Below, in pieces: positions 56,247 to 64,000 of a stretch of 64,000 nucleotides of DNA (position 1 is its first letter; each line of letters begins with the position of its first letter). The position numbers and the translations under genes were made by a program. The stretch is from an uncultured Spirochaetales bacterium (GTDB taxonomy: Bacteria > Spirochaetota > Spirochaetia > Sphaerochaetales > Sphaerochaetaceae): positions 5,208 through 69,207 of the forward strand of contig CAKQTE010000040.1 of NCBI GenBank assembly GCA_934276485.1, in the 5' to 3' direction. Below the pieces are notes generated by a model. That model was given only the letters and a program-made list of their open reading frames with translations. It did no database searches and was not told where the DNA came from.

Positions 56247-59009
56247 TTAATTTTTCTTGAACTTTAATTTAATAGATTGCTTGATCATGTTTGGAAGAAC
56301 GAACTTCAAACGGTCTTCATAAGGAACCATCCTGCTACAATTTGGCAGTTCCCTATGTAGTTTAATTGCATCGAATTCACACTTAGTTGTACAGATTCCA
56401 CATCCGATACACTTGTTTGGGTCAACGATGGATGCACCACAACCGAGACAGCGAGCTGTTTCTGCCTTTACTTGTTCTTCTGTGAATACAAGTTTTGGAT
56501 CACGGAAAGAGTGCTTTGTGTCGATAGAATGATCGATGCCTGGAATCTGACGGCTTGAGTTGTCATAGTTCTCAATCTTGATATCATTCTTGTCGAGTTC
56601 GATGAAATCATTTCTGTTTCTACCAATTGTAAGGCTTGAGTGTGGCTGTACAAAGCGGTGGATTGAGATAGCTCCCTGTTTTCCTGCAGCAATTGCATCG
56701 ATAGCAAATGAAGGACCTGTGTAGACATCTCCACCAACGAAGATATCTGGTTCTGCTGTCTGGTAGGTGAGTGAGTCTGCAACTGCGCCATTTCCTCTGC
56801 CAAGCTCAACTTTGCTTCCCTTTAGTAGGTCGCCCCAGATAATTGACTGTCCAACAGAGAAGAATACGTGCTTGCACTCAATTGTCATAAGCTCATTCTC
56901 GTCGTATTGAGGATTGAATCTTCCGTCTGCATCCTTAACGGATATACACTTCTTCATTACGATTCCTCTTACTTCTCCATTCTCGTCAACGAGTACTTCC
57001 TTAGGACCCCATCCTGGGTTGATAGCAATTCCTTCTGACTCGGCTTCTTCAATCTCTTCATCAGATGCTGGCATAGTCTCTCTAGACTCCAGACAGTACA
57101 TTGCAACCTTTGTCCCTTCGTTTGCGCAGCGCTTGGAGTCTCTTGCAACGTCGATAGCTACGTTACCGCCTCCGATTACAACAACGTCTCCCTTGATGTC
57201 ATACTTTTCGTTTGCATTGATTTCCTTGAGTAGGTCAACTGCTGTAGCGCATCCCTTAGCTTTATTATTTGGAATTCCAGGAAGACGTCCACCCTGGCAT
57301 CCAATTGCTATATAGAATGCCTTGTAGCCCTGAGAACGAAGTTCATCTAATGTGATATCCTTTCCAACTTCAACGCCAGTCTTGATCTCAACGCCCATTT
57401 TCTTGATGATGTCGATCTCTGCCTGGATTACATCCTTTTCAAGCTTGAATGAAGGGATGCCATATACAAGCATACCACCAGCGCGTTCATTTTTCTCAAA
57501 GATTGTTGGCTTGTAGCCTTTTTCTGCAAGATAGAATGCACACGATAGTCCTGCAGGACCTGCTCCAATGATTGCAATCTTTTCATCAAAGTGTCCCTTT
57601 GTTGAAGGAACTACCTTTTCTGGAATATATCTTGTCTCTGCTTTTAGGTCTTGTGCTGCGATAAACTTCTTTACTTCGTCGATAGCAACTGCTTGGTCAA
57701 TTGTTCCACGTGTACAAGCATCCTCACAGCGTCTGTTACAGATGTGTCCACAAACAGCAGGGAGTGGGTTGTTCTTCTTGATAAGAGCAAGTGCATCCTT
57801 GTATCTGCCCTGTGCTGCCATCTTGATATAGCCCTGGACTGCAATATGTGCTGGACAAGCTGTCTTACAAGGTGCTGTACCTGTGTCATAGCAGTTGATA
57901 CGGTTGGTATCACGATAGTTTTCATCCCACATCTCAGGTCCCCACTTCTTTTCAGAAGGGAGTACATGCTTTGGATATACAACCTTTGAGCCATCTTTTT
58001 TGCATAGCTTTTGGCCAAGCTTGACAGCTCCTGCTGGGCAATATTCTACACAGCGACCACATGCTACGCAGTTTTCTGTTTCAACTTTAGCTACATAAGC
58101 AGATCTATTGAGGTTTGGCGTATTGAATAGCTGGGAAGTGCGAAGTGCATAGCAGACATTGACGTTACAGTTACAGATAGCAAAGATCTTGTTCTCGCCA
58201 TCGATGTTTGTAATCTGGTGAACAAAGCCATTGTCTTCAGCTTGTTTCAATATCTCCAATGCTCTTTCCTTTGTTACATAGTGTCCACCCTTGTTGGTTT
58301 CAACGATGTAATCAGCCATATCGCCAATAGCGATACACCATTCGTCTGGATCGTCTGCACATCCTTCTTCATATGTCTTTCTTGATCTTCTGCAAGAACA
58401 TGGGCTTGCAGCATATTTGCCATCATACTTATCTAGCCAGTGTGATATGTGCTCGATTGGTAATGATTGGTTTTCCATGGAGATGGCTTTCTCAACAGGA
58501 ATAACGTGCATTCCAACGCCACCTTCAGGCATGAAAGGAACAAGGCTTTCAAGCGCAATACGGCTCATACGTTCAAAGAAGATTCCAAGCTCTGGATGCT
58601 TTTCTAGCATCTTTGCATTCATGCATGAGAATTCTGCGCTTCCTGGAACGAAGATTGGCAATACGTATTGCTTCTCGTGCTGAGGATTTTCCCAATTGTA
58701 CTCAACTAGGGCAACAGCAGCCATTTCTTCTAGTTGTTTTTCTAGATAGTCTCTGTCTTTACCTGTTACCTTGACCATCTGATCCAAGGTCTTTGGTTGA
58801 CGAACGCCCATTTTTAATGCAATCTCTGCTTGTTCATCAGTGCATAGCAGTGCCAGTCCCCAATACTCTGGATCGTACTTTGTCATCTTCTCCAATCCGA
58901 GCTTCTTCTTTGCACGACCTGTCATCATCTTTGCGAGTTTTAGAACAGGTTCTCGTGTTTCTTCCTTTTCGATATATTCGGGATACCAGCCTTTGAATTT
59001 GTCTGCCAT
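56247..59009 (-). CDS. Multidomain Fe-S flavoprotein oxidoreductase (GltD-like FAD/NAD(P) domain plus 4Fe-4S ferredoxin domains)
   Basis: CxxCxxCxxxCP clusters (CVACGRCVEYCP, CIGCGICTTKCE), GltD-like CPAHIAVQGY...CGHICNRRCEDAC, and dinucleotide motifs IIGAGPAGLSCA and VIGGGNVAIDVA. Confidence 0.85.
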   Translation of the reverse strand: MADKFKGWYPEYIEKEETREPVLKLAKMMTGRAKKKLGLEKMTKYDPEYWGLALLCTDEQAEIALKMGVRQPKTLDQMVKVTGKDRDYLEKQLEEMAAVALVEYNWENPQHEKQYVLPIFVPGSAEFSCMNAKMLEKHPELGIFFERMSRIALESLVPFMPEGGVGMHVIPVEKAISMENQSLPIEHISHWLDKYDGKYAASPCSCRRSRKTYEEGCADDPDEWCIAIGDMADYIVETNKGGHYVTKERALEILKQAEDNGFVHQITNIDGENKIFAICNCNVNVCYALRTSQLFNTPNLNRSAYVAKVETENCVACGRCVEYCPAGAVKLGQKLCKKDGSKVVYPKHVLPSEKKWGPEMWDENYRDTNRINCYDTGTAPCKTACPAHIAVQGYIKMAAQGRYKDALALIKKNNPLPAVCGHICNRRCEDACTRGTIDQAVAIDEVKKFIAAQDLKAETRYIPEKVVPSTKGHFDEKIAIIGAGPAGLSCAFYLAEKGYKPTIFEKNERAGGMLVYGIPSFKLEKDVIQAEIDIIKKMGVEIKTGVEVGKDITLDELRSQGYKAFYIAIGCQGGRLPGIPNNKAKGCATAVDLLKEINANEKYDIKGDVVVIGGGNVAIDVARDSKRCANEGTKVAMYCLESRETMPASDEEIEEAESEGIAINPGWGPKEVLVDENGEVRGIVMKKCISVKDADGRFNPQYDENELMTIECKHVFFSVGQSIIWGDLLKGSKVELGRGNGAVADSLTYQTAEPDIFVGGDVYTGPSFAIDAIAAGKQGAISIHRFVQPHSSLTIGRNRNDFIELDKNDIKIENYDNSSRQIPGIDHSIDTKHSFRDPKLVFTEEQVKAETARCLGCGASIVDPNKCIGCGICTTKCEFDAIKLHRELPNCSRMVPYEDRLKFVLPNMIKQSIKLKFKKN

Positions 59010-59180
59010 CGTACCTTACTCCTTTCCTTTGAATTACATTTAGCGTGAGTATTGTACCATAACAAAATTGGTTTTCCATAACAATATCAAATTCAACATA
59101 TCCCGTCATTTGCTTAGTTTGTCAGTGGATAATGAGGTTTATCTTTTCTGGAATAATATTCGTTAAAGTATGTTAGTTAG

Positions 59181-59221
59181 TATTATTTCGGCAGTAATTA
59201 TTAAAAACTGCCGAAATAATA
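59181..59221. terminator. Perfect 15-bp inverted repeat downstream of the DUF3800 gene
   Basis: TATTATTTCGGCAGT, 11-nt loop, ACTGCCGAAATAATA. Confidence 0.5.
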
Positions 59222-59379
59222 ATCTGAAGCAAAATCAATCAATTCTATTGTGTTCCTACAAGTTATCGTAGCTATTTTCTTAGGAAATCTGATGGGATTA
59301 TTGTTTAGAGCTTTTGTAGTCTCTGTTTAAGTCGTGTTGTCTTTTAGATTATTTAGAGTTCTTAGTGGCTCTATATTGT

Positions 59380-60069
59380 TTATGGTAGTCGAATGATGGT
59401 CATCATGCTGTCATTGATATTGAAAAGTGTATTATTTCTAGTCTCGAACAAGATTCTGTTTGCTAATATGTCAGCTCCTCTAACAAGGGTTGTTGTTTCT
59501 GAATTGCAATAGTTGATAGTTATATCTGCAAGGTTTCTTGCAATTGGTTTGAAATCATAAGATGAAATATACATACCATATTTGAATTCATTGTATAAGG
59601 AATCCCTTAAGCGATACTTTCCGTTTGTAGCCCTGCTATGTTCATCCACATAGCATTTTATTTCTAGTTCCTCATCTAGATCTATTGCTCCGCTTGAATT
59701 CATGGCATTGAGAGAAGCCTTAACACCTCTTTTAAATGCATAATCAAGAAATCTTTGTTTTGCTTGAGGAGAGGCAAAATCTACATTCATAAGTTTTTTC
59801 AAATCTATTATCACAGCAAATTTGTAGCAATCTTTAATAATCCTATAGAGCTTGCGTTTATCATCGTTATTAAGATAATAGGCTTTTAGCTCTGGTAGAT
59901 TCTTGTATTTTTTTGACTTTCTTAAGTTCTTTTCGGCTTGTAGATATTCTCTCGTCAAAGAAGAAGCCTTGTCCTGTCCTACGCAGACAATACCTCCATA
60001 AACGAAGATGTCATGATGGTGCTTATCGAAGACTCCAGATTCATCAGAATAGATATAAATAGATTTCAT
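59380..60069 (-). CDS. DUF3800-domain protein
   Basis: Starts MKSIYIYSDESGVFD (the DESG motif near the N-terminus is typical of DUF3800). SD GAGG lies 6 nt upstream. The longer ORF to 60135 was rejected. Confidence 0.75.
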   Translation of the reverse strand: MKSIYIYSDESGVFDKHHHDIFVYGGIVCVGQDKASSLTREYLQAEKNLRKSKKYKNLPELKAYYLNNDDKRKLYRIIKDCYKFAVIIDLKKLMNVDFASPQAKQRFLDYAFKRGVKASLNAMNSSGAIDLDEELEIKCYVDEHSRATNGKYRLRDSLYNEFKYGMYISSYDFKPIARNLADITINYCNSETTTLVRGADILANRILFETRNNTLFNINDSMMTIIRLP

Positions 60070-60079
60070 ACTTGGCCTC

Positions 60080-60108
60080 AAAAAAAAAGAACCACCAATT
60101 GGTGGCTC
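60080..60108 (-). terminator. Strong intrinsic terminator abutting the SD of the DUF3800 gene (candidate attenuator)
   Basis: Minus strand GAGCCACC-AATT-GGTGGTTC followed by T9, then GAGGCCAAGT ATG. Confidence 0.7.
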
Positions 60109-60301
60109 CTCCCAAGGAGGGCGATGCCAGCACATGACATTTAAGTGATCTACTCGCTACCTCCGAGGTGTATAGTGACAATTGCCCTACAACTAAATGG
60201 TAGTTGAAGAGAATACAGTCGTCAAGGCTCAAGATATATAAAAATGATTAGCCAGTGCGTTTGTATTCTCTGTTTTAAGTCTTGCTGTCTTTAGATAAAA
60301 T

Positions 60302-60373
60302 AAGCGGATGACGGGAATCGAACCCGCATTTCGAGCTTGGGAAGCTCACGTAATAGCCACTATACAACATCCG
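60302..60373 (-). tRNA. tRNA-Gly (anticodon CCC)
   Basis: Hand-folded cloverleaf: acceptor GCGGATG/CATCCGC, anticodon stem TGAGC/GCTCG with loop TTCCCAA, T-arm GCGGG-TTCGATT-CCCGT. CCA is not encoded. Confidence 0.9.
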
Positions 60374-60450
60374 CGATACTTTATGATATTATAGAAGAAA
60401 CGGATCAATATTCAATATCGATGTTCTGATTTATTCAAGCGAGGATATAA

Positions 60451-61587
60451 ATGAAAACTATTGAGATCATACCTGTTGTTAAAGATTATGAATGGGGCAA
60501 TGCTGATTATATTCCTTCTCTTATTGGTGGATTTACAGGAAAAGCTCAAGCTGAGCTTTGGATGGGAACCCATCCATTAGGAGAAGCTACACTCAAAAAT
60601 GGAGAGAAGCTTTCTAGCTATCTTGAAAAGCATCAAGATGTGGTTGGAGCAGATAAGCTTCCTTTACTGTTTAAGATCCTTGCGATAGATTCTCCTTTGT
60701 CATTGCAATGTCATCCTAATATCAAGCAAGCAAGAGAAGGCTGGGCGCGAGAAGAGAAGCTTAGAGCCAGAGGCGAGGGCGTTAACTATCAAGATGATAA
60801 TGAAAAGGAAGAAGTGATAGCAGCTTTGTCTCCTATCACAGCTATGTGTGGTTTTAGGGCTTTTGATGAGATATGCGCCAATCTTAAGTCCTTGATTCCT
60901 TCTTCCTATTATAAATATCTTAAGGATGCAAAAAATAACAAGGATCTGTTCTTCGCTCTATATGATCTAAAGGATAGCGAGAAGAATGATTTGCTTGTTG
61001 AATTCAGAACAGCTTTGGAGCTTCTTCCTGAAAGCTCTTGGAATGGAAGCTTTATGACTGCTAAGGGTATCTCTCTAAAGTGCTTCAAAATGTATCCTGG
61101 AGACATTGGTGTTGTTTTCCCATTCATTCTGAATGTTGTAAATCTCCGTATTGGAGAAGCTCTATACCTAAAGCCAGGAACACTACATGCATATGTATAT
61201 GGAAATGGCGTTGAATTGATGAGTGCTTCTGACAATGTACTTCGTGGAGGACTCACAAGTAAGCGCATGGATCTAGAAGAGCTTGGAAGGATCATGAGCT
61301 TTGACTCTGAAGAGATCAAGAAAAGTGCAATCTCATATGACTCCTTTGGTCGTAAGTGCTATGACACACCTTCAAGTGTCTTCAAGCTTATGGAAGCATC
61401 TAGCGGAGACTATAAGATCACACAAAGCGCTTGCATGATACTTCTTGTGACAGAAGGAAAGGCGCAGATTAGGGAAGAGGATGGATCCATGCTATTGGAA
61501 AAAGGTTCTATTGTTCTTATTCCTGAATCATTGAAAGATTACACATTGAATGTCCATGGAGAAGTATTCATGGCAGAGGTGCTTTGA
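60451..61587 (+). CDS. manA: Mannose-6-phosphate isomerase, class I
   Basis: YEWGN, ELWMGTHP, LSLQCHPN and HAYVYG motifs of type I PMI. Confidence 0.9.
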   Translation: MKTIEIIPVVKDYEWGNADYIPSLIGGFTGKAQAELWMGTHPLGEATLKNGEKLSSYLEKHQDVVGADKLPLLFKILAIDSPLSLQCHPNIKQAREGWAREEKLRARGEGVNYQDDNEKEEVIAALSPITAMCGFRAFDEICANLKSLIPSSYYKYLKDAKNNKDLFFALYDLKDSEKNDLLVEFRTALELLPESSWNGSFMTAKGISLKCFKMYPGDIGVVFPFILNVVNLRIGEALYLKPGTLHAYVYGNGVELMSASDNVLRGGLTSKRMDLEELGRIMSFDSEEIKKSAISYDSFGRKCYDTPSSVFKLMEASSGDYKITQSACMILLVTEGKAQIREEDGSMLLEKGSIVLIPESLKDYTLNVHGEVFMAEVL

Positions 61588-62162
61588 TGCAATATATTGC
61601 AATTGATTTTGAGACGGCATCTCGAGCCAAGGATAGTGCTTGTTCCATTGGACTTGTGAAAATGGACGAAGAAGGGAATGCCATAGATTCCTATTACTCT
61701 CTTATTCGTCCTCCTGTATTGTATTTCGATCCAATGTGCGTTGCTGTTCATCACATAAAGCCAAGTGATGTAACTGATGCTCCTACTTTCGATGAGATAT
61801 GGCCAGATGTGAAGACATTCATTGGCACAAATCCCTTGGTTGCTCATAATGCTACTTTTGATATTGGGATTCTTAAGTCCACATTGGAGCACTATGGCCT
61901 AGAGCCTTGTCACAATGAATACTATTGCACACTATCGCTATCGAGAAAGCTTTGGAACAACAAGCGTTGTCATAAGCTTACATATCTTGCGAGTGAATTT
62001 GGTTGGGAATATGATGCACATAATGCGCTTGCGGATGCCGAGATATGTGGGCGTTTGTTCTCAAAACTATGCGGGATCAATCTGACAGACGAAAGTGTTC
62101 TATCCAGATTTTTCTCCCGCATATATTCAAGTACTGGTTCTTCTTATCCGAAGATTATCTAG
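61587..62162 (+). CDS. DnaQ-like 3'-5' exonuclease domain protein
   Basis: Exo I IAIDFETA, Exo II AHNATFDIGIL, Exo III HNALADAE. The start ATG shares its A with the manA TGA (TGATG). Confidence 0.85.
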   Translation: MQYIAIDFETASRAKDSACSIGLVKMDEEGNAIDSYYSLIRPPVLYFDPMCVAVHHIKPSDVTDAPTFDEIWPDVKTFIGTNPLVAHNATFDIGILKSTLEHYGLEPCHNEYYCTLSLSRKLWNNKRCHKLTYLASEFGWEYDAHNALADAEICGRLFSKLCGINLTDESVLSRFFSRIYSSTGSSYPKII

Positions 62163-63112
62163 TTTTCCTTTTCCATTAGCTTTAGCTTAGTTGCAATAAG
62201 AGGGAACAAGTATGTTACCCAAATGCCAACGAAGGCTAAAGTCAGGAATTCGAATGTGTATTTTGCAACAGGAATTGCAGTAAGAGCGAGTGCAACGACT
62301 GCAAGCATCAATAGTCCTGCAACAAGAGAGAGAATCCTTGTTTTAGCACTCTGTGCAGGGACGAACTTCAGAGTCTTTCTGTCTAAAGCCATACCTGCAA
62401 AGATTCCAGCTGCGATAGCACTGTTTTGCATCAAATTGTGTATCGCTCTATATAGTGTTGTTGCCTTGAACTCTGCAAGAGTAGCATAGTTTAATGTGTT
62501 TACATCCATTACTATTGCAAGTGGTAGTGCGATAAGAAGCGTAACAAGTGCAAATAGAATGGTGTAGATCATGAAAGCTTTCTCATCTCTATATAGCTTT
62601 TCAAAAACACGTCCGAGTGCGAATGCAGATACAAGTCCGATCAATGTTCCAATAAGGATATCCATTGGCCAATGAACACCTAGGTATAGGCGTGAAATTG
62701 GAACAAGAACAATAAGTGCAATTGAAAGAGCGCGAATCCACTTTTGCTTGAAGCTATAGCATAGGCCTCCATAGAAAGAGGACGCAGTTGTGGAGTGCCC
62801 TGATGGAAAGGAAAATCCAGTTGCAGTTTGCTGTCTCTTTCCTTGTATGAGCTCTGGATATTTCATGAATGGACGAGGAATGCGGAATATGGCTTTCAAT
62901 ATCTGCATGCTCATCATTGCGCTTAGCAAGCTGCTTACTACTACAAAGCCTTTTTTCTTATCCCAACACCAATAGATGAAAACGGTAATCAATAGTGGAA
63001 TAGGGGATTCTCCAAATACCGTGATGATCTCACTAGTTGTATCGAGAAAGATTGTTTCGATGTTTTGAAAGAACAGCATCAAGGGAAGCTGAAACTGAAA
63101 TAGCATTTCCAT
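62159..63112 (-). CDS. PAP2-family membrane phosphatase
   Basis: KAIFRIPRP, PSGHS and SRLYLGVHWPMD acid-phosphatase motifs, with extra C-terminal TM segments. Confidence 0.85.
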   Translation of the reverse strand: MEMLFQFQLPLMLFFQNIETIFLDTTSEIITVFGESPIPLLITVFIYWCWDKKKGFVVVSSLLSAMMSMQILKAIFRIPRPFMKYPELIQGKRQQTATGFSFPSGHSTTASSFYGGLCYSFKQKWIRALSIALIVLVPISRLYLGVHWPMDILIGTLIGLVSAFALGRVFEKLYRDEKAFMIYTILFALVTLLIALPLAIVMDVNTLNYATLAEFKATTLYRAIHNLMQNSAIAAGIFAGMALDRKTLKFVPAQSAKTRILSLVAGLLMLAVVALALTAIPVAKYTFEFLTLAFVGIWVTYLFPLIATKLKLMEKEN

Positions 63113-63185
63113 AAAAGTACCTCTGTCTGGTGATTATAGTGGAAAAAGATAAAAAGGCACACCCTGTTAAGAATGTGCCTTCCAT

Positions 63186-63437
63186 TTATAGGGATTTCTT
63201 CACTTCTTCAATATTCAATCCAGATGCCTTAAGCTCTTTGATCCTATCAAGAGTTGCAATGGATTCTACTCGCTTGTATCGTCGAGTCATGTTCTCCTCT
63301 TCTTGTTCGAACTCAAGCATTCCCTCTTCTGTGTAGAACTTCAGAGTGCTGTAGCGCATTCCGGTAAGGCGAGCAAGCTCTCCTATCGAGACATATTCAG
63401 AGGTGCTAATTTTATCAAAATCACGTTTTCTAGACAT
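63186..63437 (-). CDS. MerR-family HTH protein (short)
   Basis: VSIGELARLTGMRYSTLKFYTEEGML is a typical MerR HTH. 83 aa. Confidence 0.8.
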   Translation of the reverse strand: MSRKRDFDKISTSEYVSIGELARLTGMRYSTLKFYTEEGMLEFEQEEENMTRRYKRVESIATLDRIKELKASGLNIEEVKKSL

Positions 63438-63440
63438 TGC

Positions 63441-63944
63441 TTATCCATAATATGGTTGAATAACCATTCCTTGAATTGGAAGCTTGCACATTCTTGAGCT
63501 TGAGAGTGTTCTATATAGCATATTATCTATTCTTAATAAAGGAAGATCCCCAAGCCAATAGCGTTCTACATCAAAGCCATTCTCGCGCAAGAATGCAATT
63601 GCTGCATCTTGTCTTGTAGCAAAGTCTGTTCCAAGAACAACGAAATCAATGAAGATGCTCTCTCGTCTGTCGAGAAAAGGAAATGTTATAGCTACCCCCT
63701 GAAGATATTGGTTCTTAAACAGATTTCTCTTTCCTTTTATAAATGCCGATGCATATGCCTCGATGCTTGAATGGAAGTTTATAGATAGGATCTCTGCGTA
63801 TATTTCATCTTTTTCTAATTCGCTCATTCTTCTCTGGATCTCATTTTGTTCATTGATAGAGAATATGTCATGAATGGCACCAGCTTCTCTAACAAGTGTA
63901 AATAGCATTATTGTCTCAAGGCTTGGCTTTTCTGGCTCAAGCAT
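63441..63944 (-). CDS. Hypothetical protein, possibly longer (frame stays open to the window edge)
   Basis: 167-aa ORF, 4 nt upstream of the MerR gene. The reading frame remains open from 63945 to 64000, so the true start may lie outside the window. Confidence 0.4.
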   Translation of the reverse strand: MLEPEKPSLETIMLFTLVREAGAIHDIFSINEQNEIQRRMSELEKDEIYAEILSINFHSSIEAYASAFIKGKRNLFKNQYLQGVAITFPFLDRRESIFIDFVVLGTDFATRQDAAIAFLRENGFDVERYWLGDLPLLRIDNMLYRTLSSSRMCKLPIQGMVIQPYYG

Positions 63945-64000
63945 CTCACTTCTTAGGAACTCTACCTCTCTTTTATAGAACTCTCTGTCTGTTGAATACT

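Noticed and set aside
59101-59109. TCCCGTCAT, a 9-nt match to the 3' part of tRNA-Gly, considered as an island att repeat flanking the DUF3800 gene.
   Set aside because: It is only 9 nt long and in inverted orientation relative to the tRNA. A match of this length is roughly expected by chance in 64 kb on two strands, and there is no integrase gene.
60070-60135. Upstream extension of the DUF3800 ORF (MCWHRPPWEEPPIGGSFFLRPS...).
   Set aside because: The extension would be translated through a perfect terminator hairpin and a U9 tract. The internal ATG at 60069 has a GAGG SD and gives the family-typical N-terminus with DESG.
60130-60200. Partial resemblance (AGGGCAA..., GGAGGUAGCGAG) to the c-di-GMP-I (GEMM-I) riboswitch.
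   Set aside because: Only short words match. The second tetraloop-receptor hairpin and the ACGCAAAGC core are missing, so this is not a GEMM-I element by eye.
1-64000. Search for CRISPR arrays, rRNA, IS elements, transposases, integrases or long tandem repeats.
   Set aside because: None was seen. The only repeats found are short inverted repeats (operators and terminators) and the 11-mer at 36.6-36.8 kb.

Overview
Low-GC bacterial chromosomal segment. Most genes have strong AGGAG-type Shine-Dalgarno sites, and secreted binding proteins have signal peptides ending in FANG or FASG. The taxon cannot be fixed from sequence alone; an anaerobic, host- or gut-associated Spirochaetota- or Firmicutes-like organism is plausible. 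Most of the window is uptake and catabolism: two tripartite tricarboxylate transporter (TTT) systems, three or four LacI-type regulators, a polyol dehydrogenase, YhcH, 3-dehydro-L-gulonate 2-dehydrogenase, a cytoplasmic Cys-type sulfatase, an amino-acid ABC system plus aminotransferase, three MATE exporters, galE, cls, oleate hydratase, aspartate kinase, manA, and hypAB with an Fe-S flavoprotein. A roughly 9.5 kb region at 6.8-16.3 kb looks more AT-rich by eye and is a defence island. It holds a complete four-gene Wadjet operon (jetABCD). jetD is translationally coupled (ATGA overlap) to a small-molecule-type SAM methyltransferase, and a SauUSI-like type IV restriction gene (PLD nuclease, SF2 helicase, C-terminal domain) starts two bases after the methyltransferase stop. 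A single extra A splits that restriction gene inside the helicase C-domain. Directly downstream with almost no gap is an uncharacterised five-gene operon: two paralogous permeases, a compact alkaline-phosphatase-superfamily enzyme, a soluble S49 peptidase and an amidohydrolase. Other items worth a second look are two orphan AAA ATPases with nuclease-like C-termini (one behind a consensus promoter that predicts a leaderless mRNA), a terminator-containing leader between tRNA-Gly(CCC) and a DUF3800 gene, a 610-bp hairpin-rich non-coding region after an NYN/LOTUS gene, and a hairpin sequestering the SD and start codon of the oleate hydratase gene. I saw no rRNA, CRISPR array, transposase or integrase.
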